A stretch of 64,000 nt of DNA from Vulcanimicrobiales bacterium (GTDB taxonomy: Bacteria > Vulcanimicrobiota > Vulcanimicrobiia > Vulcanimicrobiales > Vulcanimicrobiaceae), in the NCBI GenBank assembly GCA_038231455.1, contig JBBRLI010000012.1, positions 1 to 64,000 on the forward strand, written 5' to 3'. The notes beneath the pieces are model-generated. The model was given only the letters and a program-made list of their open reading frames with translations, had not been told where the DNA came from and ran no database searches. Of the stretch, positions 19,760 to 28,531 are shown one piece after another. The translations under genes were made by a program, and so were the position numbers. Every line of letters begins with the position of its first letter. The first letter of the stretch is position 1.

Positions 19760-22393
19760 CTATGGCTGTGAATAGTGCGACTCATCGGCGTACGGCTGGA
19801 AGAGCGTGTGCTCGGGGATGAAGCGCAGCTTGATCGTTCCGACGCGTCCGGCACGGTGTTTTGCGATGATGAACTCGGTCAGCCCGGGGTCCGGCGTCGA
19901 TTCCTTATGATAGTATTCGTCACGATACAAGAACGTCACGAGGTCCGCTTCCTGTTCGATTGCCCCGCTGTTGTGTGTGACGATATCGTTTACGCAGAAA
20001 TTATGCAGATTCCCGACCGTCAGGTCGTACACCGACTCGATGCCCTCGGGCTCGATCTCCACGATCGGATCCCACAAGAGATCGGAATACGCAAGGCCGC
20101 TCAAGATGCTGTCATCAAGTCGGTCAGCTAACACCGCGCAAGTCGAACGTGACATGGCTTTCCCCTGCTCGCGCCACCCAAGATCGTGATGCGAGAGCCC
20201 GAGTTCTGACTTCCGTTCGCGCACGCGTACGTTTGCCTCGAGCGGAATGCGATCGATCTGGCCCGCGTCGTTCTGCTTCGAACGCTCGACTCGCAAAAAC
20301 GCACGATCGTGCTTTTCGCACAAGAAACCAACGAGTTCCATAAATCGCACGACACACGAGCGTTCTTGCAATGCCACGGTCCAAAGTGCGCTCGTCGAGG
20401 TTCGATAGCCCCCGATGTTCCGACGATCGGCACGCACGATCGCGTTGATCCCGAAGCGTAGCAGCAGATGTTGGACATCGCGGGCGAGACGCTCGCTGAT
20501 CGTCGCAAGGCGGACGGTAGAGCGCGACGAGGTGGCGGAACGCGTGAGAGTACCGTCTGCATGGAAAAGCCCGCGCAAGAATGCGGCGACAACGATATTC
20601 GATTGTCCGAAGATCGCTTGCGGAACATGCTTAGCCGCGCCCGTGCATTTCCAAATGCCAAGCTCGCGAAGCCAAGTGGTGAGCGGATTTTTCCCAGCTC
20701 CGGACATGCAGCCCGTCGACATCACCACCCGCAGTGCCGGCGTGTCTGCACGCTCGGGCTTGATCGTCGGATCGATCGCGAAAGCTCGTCTAGCGAGCGC
20801 GGCGGCCATATCAGCTTCCTGGGCGCAGCTTACCGTAAGTGCCGGGCTGCCGCCGAGGTGGCCGTCCCCAGTGAGCCAACCGAGCAAAACAGCTTGGTCG
20901 ACGCTTATCGAACGTGCGAGAACCTCGGGCTGCATTTGGATACGCGGGACCGCAATGACGCTCCCGATTGAGAGATTCTTCAATTCGGACCAACCCGCAA
21001 CCGTCCGGAAACGATGGCCGTCCGTACACCGAATCGTGCGGCCGCTTTGCGTTACGACACGGTGAACGCGTTTCTCGCCGACTTTCCAAGCATCGACGAT
21101 CGGCTGCTCGACCAGTTGGAGTCGATCGTCAAGTGCCCACACATTGAAGCGCAAACCGCGCTCTGCAATATCAGCGATCCGCACGCGTTCGCCGGTCTGG
21201 GCGTTCGTGACCAGGGCGTCTGAGGCAAGACAATCGCGCAGATCGGAAAGCATCGGACGTTTATCCTGACGCGTTTCGACGGCGCGGTTCAGCTGCGCAA
21301 GCGCAATGATCGGCACTTCGAGGTCTTTTGCGGTCGCCTTGAGCGTACGGCAGATCTCCGAGAGTTCTTCGTTACGGTTGGAGACTTTACCGAGCGTTGA
21401 GGGGCGCACGAGTTGCAAGTAGTCGATGAAGATTGCCGCGAGACCGGACTTTGATTTAAGGCGTCGGCAGCGCGAACGAATTTCGGTAATCGTCACCGCA
21501 CCCGAGTCATCGAGATAGAGCGGCAAATCGTGCAGCACGCCCATCGAATGCGAGATCTTCTCCCACTCTTCGTTTTTGATCGCGCCTTTGCGCAAGTTGG
21601 ACGCATCGAGCTTCGACTCCGAGGAAATCAAACGCTCGACCAATTCTTGCTTCGTCATTTCGAGCGAGAAGACGGCGACCGGTTTCTTTTCTTCTTTCGC
21701 CGCGGCGACGGCCATATTGAGCGCCATCGAAGTTTTCCCCATGGCGGGCCGGGCCGCAAGTATGATCAGGTTGCCGGGTTGGAATCCCGCCGTATACTCG
21801 TCGATATCGCGAAAGCCGCTCGTAACGCCGGTGCGATCGCCGCGCTGCGCGTGGCGCTGTTCGAGTTTGTAGAACGTATCGAGTAAGAGGCCCGAGACAA
21901 TCGAGAACGTGCCGCGATCGCTACGGTTGCCGACGTCGTAAATGATCTGTTCGCTCGAATCGAGCGCCGCTGCGACGTCTTCTTCGTTTTCGTACCCGAG
22001 CTTCGTGATCTGCGTGCCGGCGTGAATGAGTCCGCGCAGTGATGATTTCTCGCGCACGATCTTCGCATAGTATTCCGCCGACGCCGCCGTCGGAACCGTA
22101 TCCATGAGCGAACCTAAATACGCAAGGCCGCCAATACGGTCGAGCAAGCCGCGCTGCTTGAGTTCTTCGGCAAGGGTAATTTTATCGAGTGGCTCGCCGC
22201 GTTCGAAGAGCGAGTAGAGCGCGGCGTAAATCGACTCGTGGAGGCTTGCGTAAAAGTCCGACGGCTGGACGATTTCGCTCACCGTCGCCATCATCTCGCG
22301 ATCGACCAGAATCGATCCGAGCAGGGCCATCTCCGCCTCGAGATTTTGCGGCGGAATGCGGTCGATCATCGGGATGATCTGCGGCGCGTTCAT
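19760..22393 (-). CDS. dnaB: Replicative DNA helicase DnaB (intein-containing)
   Basis: PPQNLEAE, ARPAMGKT, IDYLQL, QLNR, RPMLSDLRD...SGAIEQEAD, KHRAG. Confidence 0.97.
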   Translation of the reverse strand: MNAPQIIPMIDRIPPQNLEAEMALLGSILVDREMMATVSEIVQPSDFYASLHESIYAALYSLFERGEPLDKITLAEELKQRGLLDRIGGLAYLGSLMDTVPTAASAEYYAKIVREKSSLRGLIHAGTQITKLGYENEEDVAAALDSSEQIIYDVGNRSDRGTFSIVSGLLLDTFYKLEQRHAQRGDRTGVTSGFRDIDEYTAGFQPGNLIILAARPAMGKTSMALNMAVAAAKEEKKPVAVFSLEMTKQELVERLISSESKLDASNLRKGAIKNEEWEKISHSMGVLHDLPLYLDDSGAVTITEIRSRCRRLKSKSGLAAIFIDYLQLVRPSTLGKVSNRNEELSEICRTLKATAKDLEVPIIALAQLNRAVETRQDKRPMLSDLRDCLASDALVTNAQTGERVRIADIAERGLRFNVWALDDRLQLVEQPIVDAWKVGEKRVHRVVTQSGRTIRCTDGHRFRTVAGWSELKNLSIGSVIAVPRIQMQPEVLARSISVDQAVLLGWLTGDGHLGGSPALTVSCAQEADMAAALARRAFAIDPTIKPERADTPALRVVMSTGCMSGAGKNPLTTWLRELGIWKCTGAAKHVPQAIFGQSNIVVAAFLRGLFHADGTLTRSATSSRSTVRLATISERLARDVQHLLLRFGINAIVRADRRNIGGYRTSTSALWTVALQERSCVVRFMELVGFLCEKHDRAFLRVERSKQNDAGQIDRIPLEANVRVRERKSELGLSHHDLGWREQGKAMSRSTCAVLADRLDDSILSGLAYSDLLWDPIVEIEPEGIESVYDLTVGNLHNFCVNDIVTHNSGAIEQEADLVTFLYRDEYYHKESTPDPGLTEFIIAKHRAGRVGTIKLRFIPEHTLFQPYADESHYSQP
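19970..21232 (-). mobile_element. Intein (421 aa) with LAGLIDADG homing endonuclease
   Basis: Begins CLASDALV, block B TDGHRF, LLGWLTGDG and FLRGLFHADG, ends VYDLTV..HNF..IVTHN followed by Ser. Confidence 0.95.
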
Positions 22394-24339
22394 CGACTGC
22401 GCTTCGCTTTCGCACGCGCCGCACCCGTTCGCGCACCGAAGCGAATGCCGTAAGCCGCGAGCGCCTCGCCGACGGTGGTAACGGGAATCACACTGATACC
22501 GGCCGGCGCACGGTCGAGTTCGCGTGCGTTCTCAGCCGGGATAATGAGCGTGCGCATCCCCGCCTGGCGCGCTGCGTAGAGCTTCTCGACGATGCCGCCG
22601 ATCGGCCGCACAAGACCCGCGATCGAAACTTCGCCGGTCAGTGCGACGTCTTGCGGCAGCGGCGTTCCGGTGAGCGCTGAATACAGCGCGATCAAAAACG
22701 CAAGGCCCGCCGAGGGACCGTCGATGTTGCCGCCGCCGATCACGTTGACGTGCAGATCGTAATCCGCGGGATCGATCTCGAGCAGACCGCGCAGAACGGC
22801 GGTTGCATTGAAGATCGAGTCTTTAGACATGCTGCCCGCGGTATCGTTGAAGCGAACGGTTCCCTTATGCGCGTTCGATGCCGGGAATGCGGCCGCTTCG
22901 ATTTCGATGATCGAGCCGACGTACTGATGCACGCCGAGGCCAAAGGTCTTACCGATTTCTTTGTTGCGCGACGCCCGCGTGGGCGTGTGCGGCACGATGC
23001 GCCCGGCCTGCACGACGTCGATCACGTCGTCTTCGTTGATTGTCGTGCGCTTCGCCGACTGCCCGGTGCGGTAAAGCGCATGGCCATAGGCATCGGCGAG
23101 AATCTGAACGGCTTTGCGGCCTTCGATCGTATACGAGGCAATCAGTTCGGCAACGCCGCGCCCGACTTTGGCACCGAGGCGCGCCGCGGCTTGCGTGATG
23201 ATTTCGATGACTTGCGCTTGCGTGAGCGGCTCGAAATAGACCGCACCGCAGCGCGAACGGATCGCAGCGTCGATCTCCGATGGATCGCGCGTCGTCGCGC
23301 CGATCAAGATAAAGTCGGCAGGCGCACCTTCGCTGAAAAGTTTGCGCACGTAGGCCGGCACATTCGGGTCATGTTCGTCGTAGTACGACGATTCGAACAC
23401 GACGCGTTTGTCTTCGAGCACCTTGAGAAGCTTGGTCTGCAAGATCGGATCCATCTCGCCGATTTCATCGATGAAGAGCACGCCGCCGTGCGCGCGCGTG
23501 ACCAGGCCCAGTTTCGGCTCGGGGATCCCGCTCTCGGCAAATTCGCGCCGCGAGCCCTGATAGATCGGATCGTGCACGCTGCCGAGCAGCGGGTTCGTCG
23601 TCTCGCGCGGATCCCAGCGCAGCGTCGTGCCGCTGGCTTCGACGAAGGCGGCGTCTTTGGCAAACGGGGCGTGCGCACGCGCTTTGGCTAGCTCGAGTGC
23701 GAGCCGCGCGACGGTCGTCTTGCCGACGCCCGGCGGCCCGTACAGAATGACGTGCTGCGGATAGGGCGAGGAAAGCTTGGCGAGCAGCGCTTCGATCGCA
23801 GACTCTTGTCCGACAATCTGCGAGAGGTCGCTCGGACGAAGCACATCGAGCGCCGAGGTATTGAGGCGTCGCGTCTCCAGCTTTTCGATTTCCGCGAGTT
23901 TCTTCTGGGTCGCAGGCGTCTCGGGACCGGCGTCTTCACGTAGCGCTTCGAGTTTAAGTTCTTTGAGATACTCTTGATGCCGCGTGACCATCTTGGCATT
24001 GATCTTGCGGTCAATGGTGTCTTCAACGGTGCGCTGCGCGATCGTGTCGGCTAGGCCATTCTCGATCTGGGCAATCCGTTCGGGGAATTGCGCGCGCGTC
24101 GGCAAGCGCTCGAGCGTCGGGTCTTCGAAGACCAGCCGTTCGAGCGCGAGCAGACGCTCGGCGATGCCGCGGGCACGCATGAGCTTGAGCGCGCCGAGCT
24201 TCCCGGCGCGCAGGACCATTTTCTCCGCCCCAAGGGTATTCGCGAGGAGATCGTAGAGCGCGCCAATGTAGCGGCGCAACTGTTCGTCACCGCCGAATTT
24301 GCGGCGAAAACGCTCGACATCTTCTCGCGACTGGGACAT
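22390..24339 (-). CDS. lonC: Lon-family ATP-dependent protease (LonC type)
   Basis: GPPGVGKT, LRWDPRE, LFIDEIGE, IDGPSAG, K in GGIVEK; located between rplI and dnaB. Confidence 0.88.
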   Translation of the reverse strand: MSQSREDVERFRRKFGGDEQLRRYIGALYDLLANTLGAEKMVLRAGKLGALKLMRARGIAERLLALERLVFEDPTLERLPTRAQFPERIAQIENGLADTIAQRTVEDTIDRKINAKMVTRHQEYLKELKLEALREDAGPETPATQKKLAEIEKLETRRLNTSALDVLRPSDLSQIVGQESAIEALLAKLSSPYPQHVILYGPPGVGKTTVARLALELAKARAHAPFAKDAAFVEASGTTLRWDPRETTNPLLGSVHDPIYQGSRREFAESGIPEPKLGLVTRAHGGVLFIDEIGEMDPILQTKLLKVLEDKRVVFESSYYDEHDPNVPAYVRKLFSEGAPADFILIGATTRDPSEIDAAIRSRCGAVYFEPLTQAQVIEIITQAAARLGAKVGRGVAELIASYTIEGRKAVQILADAYGHALYRTGQSAKRTTINEDDVIDVVQAGRIVPHTPTRASRNKEIGKTFGLGVHQYVGSIIEIEAAAFPASNAHKGTVRFNDTAGSMSKDSIFNATAVLRGLLEIDPADYDLHVNVIGGGNIDGPSAGLAFLIALYSALTGTPLPQDVALTGEVSIAGLVRPIGGIVEKLYAARQAGMRTLIIPAENARELDRAPAGISVIPVTTVGEALAAYGIRFGARTGAARAKAKRSR

Positions 24340-24351
24340 CGCTAGCTGCGG

Positions 24352-24801
24352 TTACGCCGCAGCGACGACTTGGACGGTCGACTTGGCGACGATCGATTTG
24401 CCAAGGCGGACCTGGAGCGGATACGTCCCGACGGACTTGATGCCGTCTTTGAGTTCGATTTTGTGGCGATCGACGGTGATCCCAAGGGCTTCGTGGATGG
24501 CGTCTGCCACTTGGGCGTTGGTGACCGTCCCGAAGAGCTTGCCATTCCCGCCGGCTTTCGCCTCAACGCGAAAGGCCTGCGCTTCGATTTTATCCGCGAT
24601 CTCTTTGGCACTCGCCAGATCCTCGGCATCGCGTTTGGCCTTGGCTTTATTCTGCTGCTCGAGCATCGCCATGGCGCCTTTCGACGCCTCGGCAGCAAGC
24701 CCACGGGGGAGCAGAAAGTTATTCGCGTAGCCTTCGGCGACTTCGACGACCGCGCCACGCGAACCGAGCGCCTTAACGTCGCTCATCAAGATGACTTTCA
24801 T
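24352..24801 (-). CDS. rplI: 50S ribosomal protein L9
   Basis: MKVILMSDVKALG, GYANNFLLP, GKLFGTVT. Confidence 0.97.
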   Translation of the reverse strand: MKVILMSDVKALGSRGAVVEVAEGYANNFLLPRGLAAEASKGAMAMLEQQNKAKAKRDAEDLASAKEIADKIEAQAFRVEAKAGGNGKLFGTVTNAQVADAIHEALGITVDRHKIELKDGIKSVGTYPLQVRLGKSIVAKSTVQVVAAA

Positions 24802-24809
24802 GTGAGCCT

Positions 24810-25061
24810 CTAGTCAGATGTGAACGGAAGGAACGCGATGATCCGGGCGCGCTTGACGGCGACCGTCAGCGAACGCTGGTGGCTCGCGCAGTTGCCTGAG
24901 ATCCGCCGGGGCAGAATCTTGCCGCGCTCCGAGATGTACTTGCGAAGACGCGTGGCGTCTTTGTAGTTGATGTCGGGCAGTTTGTCCGCACAGAAGGTAC
25001 AGACTTTTTTCTTTGGCCGACGCTCTTTTTTGGCATTGGCACGTTTTTTCGGGGCAGCCAT
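24810..25061 (-). CDS. rpsR: 30S ribosomal protein S18 (Cys-containing, Zn-binding type)
   Basis: [25 protein letters not shown]; start 25061 or 25076. Confidence 0.96.
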   Translation of the reverse strand: MAAPKKRANAKKERRPKKKVCTFCADKLPDINYKDATRLRKYISERGKILPRRISGNCASHQRSLTVAVKRARIIAFLPFTSD

Positions 25062-25347
25062 GGGTCTCGCTTTCATGTAGGTGGTTGCGGCGTCAACCCG
25101 GGGGGTTGGGCCCTACACACGGCGCCTCTTATAAAGAGAGGCGACGACCCGTCGACAAAGGGTGACGGGCTTTATGCAGTTTTCGCGACTTTGGGTCGCA
25201 CGATAGTATACCGCGACCGGGGCACGACCGCTACCCCTTTGGCCGCCTTTAACGCCGCATGTGTCGTGGTAGAGGGCCATGGCAAGCGTTCAGAGGAGGG
25301 AGTAAAGTGTTTCTCATCACTACGGAATCCGAAGTGATGGGGAGTAC

Positions 25348-25448
25348 AATCCGATGGTCAACTTGGTTCGTTGAGGAAACGTGCCGAGGGCCTCGCGTGG
25401 CAACGCGGGTCGAAATCGTACCACCCGGTAAATTTTTGGTTATCGGAT
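25348..25448 (+). ncRNA. Candidate structured RNA, copy A of the leader motif
   Basis: Shares ccga-N-acttggtt-N-aggaaacgt...cgaaa-tcgt-accacc with copies B and C; 13-bp closing stem 25349-25361/25436-25448. Confidence 0.35.
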
Positions 25449-25452
25449 CAGT

Positions 25453-25469
25453 CTTTACAGTCGCTTTAC
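25453..25469 (+). promoter_or_regulatory. CTTTAC-N5-CTTTAC direct repeat (candidate regulator site)
   Basis: 11-bp period; same arrangement at 28342-28358. Confidence 0.45.
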
Positions 25470-25492
25470 ACGGTTACGTGTAGAAACTGTGA

Positions 25493-25629
25493 CGAGTGCC
25501 CGACCGAAGTACTTGGTTAGTAAGGAAGCGTCTCGTTCCGGTGCAGGATGAGACGAAACGTGACAGCACCACCACCAGCGTCCCTTGCGTTTAGAGCAAG
25601 GGCGAGTTTCGCATTGGTCATGTGAGCTC
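25493..25629 (+). ncRNA. Candidate riboswitch-like leader, copy B
   Basis: Four hairpins plus pseudoknot GGTGC/GCACC; base-pair covariation with copy C. Confidence 0.55.
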
Positions 25630-25675
25630 TCAGACGCCCTAAAATCGGCGTCCGCCGCCGTACGAAGGAATGAAC

Positions 25676-26698
25676 ATGAAACGTCTTGCCGCCCTCACCG
25701 TTACGTCGCTCCTCGCGCTTTCCGCTTGCAGCGGCGGCGGGACGACCGCCACCCGTGCCCCGGGTGTCGCAGCTCCGGCCCCCTCAAAACAGATTCTCTC
25801 CGCATACCGCGTGCCGCTTACCCACAGCGCCGCGGTCGACGCTGCTGCTGCTGCCGGTGCAAAACTGCATCAGGCCGACGGGCGCGGAACGCAGGGCCTC
25901 GGCGGTTTGCCGACGCTCGACGGCTTGGTCGATACCACGTTTGCGATTCTCGACGCTCCGCGCTTCGGCGCCGATGGCCAAGTCAACGTCGCGATTCTCG
26001 CCGTTCAGGCAATCGGCGCTGACGGCGTCGCGTATTCACTCGTCAACTACCCGGCCCCGGTTGTCGTGAACATGCTCAACTACAAGCGCAGCGCGCTTGT
26101 CCTCGGACACAGCCCGATTCCGAAGCAGGACTACACGACGCTTCGGCTCGTCGTTCAAGCCTCGGCATCATCGCTGCATGCTTGGGGCTCGACGTATCCC
26201 GTGGCGTATGGTTACTACAGTAACCACACATTCATGCCGGCGGCGGGCGACATCGCGAATGTCGATTTTCCCGTGAAAATGAACACTTCAACCGGTCTGC
26301 CGACGATCCTTGCAGACTTCAACACCGTCGAATCGGTCAAGGTGCGTGATGGTCGTGCCCAAATCGGATCGCGCATTGCAGCCGCGCCGTACAATTCCTC
26401 GTCGGTCATCTCCGGTACGATCGTCAATAAAGCCGGCACACCCGTCGATGGCGCCGTCATCGCGGCTCTGGATGCGAATGGCAATGTCCTCAACACCACG
26501 CAGAGTGACGATGACGGCACATTCGAGATCCACGCCATCGCCGGCGGCACCTATCAACTCGTCGTCTACAATGACTACACCACTGCAGCTGGCGACGAAC
26601 TCCAATCCGAACATGCCGATTCCTCGGCAACGCTCAACGGTCCGCAGGTCAGCGTCCCCGGTGGCTACTCCATCAACGTCGGCAAAATCACCGACTAA
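25676..26698 (+). CDS. DUF4382-like lipoprotein with C-terminal carboxypeptidase-regulatory-like domain (copy 1)
   Basis: Lipobox LSAC; VNVAI..VNML..VLG..IP..Y..LRL; ISGTIVN..DGTFEI..GGTYQL. Confidence 0.75.
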   Translation: MKRLAALTVTSLLALSACSGGGTTATRAPGVAAPAPSKQILSAYRVPLTHSAAVDAAAAAGAKLHQADGRGTQGLGGLPTLDGLVDTTFAILDAPRFGADGQVNVAILAVQAIGADGVAYSLVNYPAPVVVNMLNYKRSALVLGHSPIPKQDYTTLRLVVQASASSLHAWGSTYPVAYGYYSNHTFMPAAGDIANVDFPVKMNTSTGLPTILADFNTVESVKVRDGRAQIGSRIAAAPYNSSSVISGTIVNKAGTPVDGAVIAALDANGNVLNTTQSDDDGTFEIHAIAGGTYQLVVYNDYTTAAGDELQSEHADSSATLNGPQVSVPGGYSINVGKITD

Positions 26699-26744
26699 CT
26701 CCGGCTCTCACTTATTCACTTATATTTCGGGAGTATGATTTAGT

Positions 26745-28277
26745 ATGACGGAGATTATCGATCTTCGCGCCGCACTGGATGCGGCAAGAAGTGCGCTAAC
26801 TGCGGCACGGTACGACGATGCGATGGAACTGCTACGCGGCTGCCAAGACTGGCCGGTCGACCTTGCAGAACACGCGGTCCTCGTAAAAGCCGACACCTTG
26901 ATCCGCCGGGATGCACCGGCAGCACTGGCCTGGCTTGCAGCGACGCAAGACCTCACGATCACCGATGCAGCACGTTTCAATCGCGAACTGCTCACCGGTC
27001 GCGCATACAGCAACGTTCGCAACTTCGATGCCGCGGCATCGCGTTTCGCTCGCGCTGAAAAAATGCTCGACAAAGTCCCCACCGGGTCGCATAAACTCGC
27101 ATACCAGAAGGCACGCCTAGCCTGGATGCTGCGTGAAGCAACGCCGGACAACGCGGACCTCGCGCTCGCCCTTACGGATCCCGATCCGATCGGCCGCGCC
27201 GTCGCCTACGCCGCTCGCGGCTACATCGCCGGTACCGCCGGCGACTTCGCCGCCCAAATCGCCGATCTCAAAACGTCGCTCGAAATCGCTGAGTCAACGA
27301 AGGTCTATGACGTCGAACACGTCGGCGCCGCCATCTATGGCCTGGCAACGATCGCGTTCGAGGTTGCCGACAAAGACGGCGTTGTTGCGGCTCGCCGCGC
27401 GTACGAATGGCTGAAGTGGACATCCGATGTCCGCGTCACGCAGTACAACGCGCTCCGGTGCCTGGGTTGGGATGCGTTCATGCGCGGCGAACCCGCACGT
27501 GCACAGTGGCTCTTCCACGACGCCGCCGCCATCGCACCAACGCCCGCCTGGCAGGCCCAAGCCCATCTCGATCGTGCGTATGTCGCACGCATCTCCAAGA
27601 ACGACGCCTGGTCGCTCGACGAGCTCCACGAAGCACTGCGCATCGCGCAGGGTGTCGCCTGGGGCGAGACGATCGGCGAGGAACGCCTCACCCTGGTCAC
27701 CTTAGCCGTGCTGCTCTCGCCGGTCGATGCAGCGGAAGCCCAGCGCTACGCATCGACGTACGCGATGTTCGGGATGGAGAATGTCAACCCGTACCTCGTG
27801 GCCTCAAAAGACAAGCGCACAACCGGTTTTGGCAAGTACACCCAAGGCAAGATCGATCAAACGCTCGGCAATGCCGATCTTGCGATCGAATCACTCGAAG
27901 CCGCCTACGCAATCTTCGCACCCATCGGTCATCACTACCAGGCGATGCTCGCCGCACAGGCGCTCGCCGAAGTTACCCGCGATGCCGCATGGGCCGAAAA
28001 GGCCGGAATGCACAGCGCCGCCTACCCGGGCAGCCCGCTCGCCGCACAAATGGCCGAGTCGGCAAAACCCGGCGACCCGGCAATCGACGGTCTCTCACCT
28101 TTGCAGCGCCAGCTCGCTCGCGCGCATTGGTCGGGTCTGAACGTCGATGCTCTCTCGAAGAAGTTCAGTCGTAGTATGTACACCATCGAAGGTCAACTCG
28201 CCGAGATCTATGCCGCGTTCAACGTGGCGAGCGCCGGCGGACTTCGCGAAGAAGCGCTCCGGCGCGGCATCGCCTAG
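26745..28277 (+). CDS. TPR-like protein with C-terminal LuxR-type HTH (copy 1)
   Basis: Helical Ala-rich repeats; C-terminus GLSPLQRQLARAHWSGLNVDALSKKFSRSMYTIEGQLAEIYAAFNV. Confidence 0.75.
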   Translation: MTEIIDLRAALDAARSALTAARYDDAMELLRGCQDWPVDLAEHAVLVKADTLIRRDAPAALAWLAATQDLTITDAARFNRELLTGRAYSNVRNFDAAASRFARAEKMLDKVPTGSHKLAYQKARLAWMLREATPDNADLALALTDPDPIGRAVAYAARGYIAGTAGDFAAQIADLKTSLEIAESTKVYDVEHVGAAIYGLATIAFEVADKDGVVAARRAYEWLKWTSDVRVTQYNALRCLGWDAFMRGEPARAQWLFHDAAAIAPTPAWQAQAHLDRAYVARISKNDAWSLDELHEALRIAQGVAWGETIGEERLTLVTLAVLLSPVDAAEAQRYASTYAMFGMENVNPYLVASKDKRTTGFGKYTQGKIDQTLGNADLAIESLEAAYAIFAPIGHHYQAMLAAQALAEVTRDAAWAEKAGMHSAAYPGSPLAAQMAESAKPGDPAIDGLSPLQRQLARAHWSGLNVDALSKKFSRSMYTIEGQLAEIYAAFNVASAGGLREEALRRGIA

Positions 28278-28293
28278 GAAGAAAACCGAACCG

Positions 28294-28328
28294 AGAAAAA
28301 AGCACGAGCGCGGCTCGTGCTTTTTTCT
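28294..28328 (+). terminator. Intrinsic terminator after cassette 1
   Basis: agaaaaaagcacgagc-gcg-gctcgtgcttttttct. Confidence 0.9.
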
Positions 28329-28380
28329 TTTGTTCTGAAGACTTTACGCTGGCTTTACACAGTTACGTATAGATTTTGTG

Positions 28381-28518
28381 ACCGAAATCCGACCCCTTAT
28401 TGGTAAGTAAAGGAAGCGTCTCGTCCTGGTGTTGGGCGTGGCGATGAACGCGAACACCACCACTCATCCGGCGATCGACTTTAGATCGCTGGGTAGTTCC
28501 GCGTTTGGTCGATGCGGA
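28381..28518 (+). ncRNA. Candidate riboswitch-like leader, copy C
   Basis: Same architecture as copy B with compensatory changes (TGGTGTT/AACACCA pseudoknot); last hairpin abuts the RBS. Confidence 0.55.
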
Positions 28519-28531
28519 CGAAGGATGAAGA

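Noticed and set aside
25296-25350. yybP-ykoY Mn riboswitch (GGGAGTA, CATCAC)
   Set aside because: Downstream consensus elements not found and no Mn-related gene follows
25259-25483. 74-aa ORF as a protein gene
   Set aside because: No recognisable motif and it overlaps conserved non-coding elements; kept only as a possible leader frame
25481-25525. c-di-GMP-II riboswitch (GAAACTGTGA...TTAGTA resemblance)
   Set aside because: Lacks the GGGCAC/GTGCAACC pseudoknot and the GAAAC is not kept in the paralogous leader; not called as the known class
25545-25562. Hammerhead ribozyme (GATGAG...CGAAAC)
   Set aside because: No CUGAnGA core or stem II geometry
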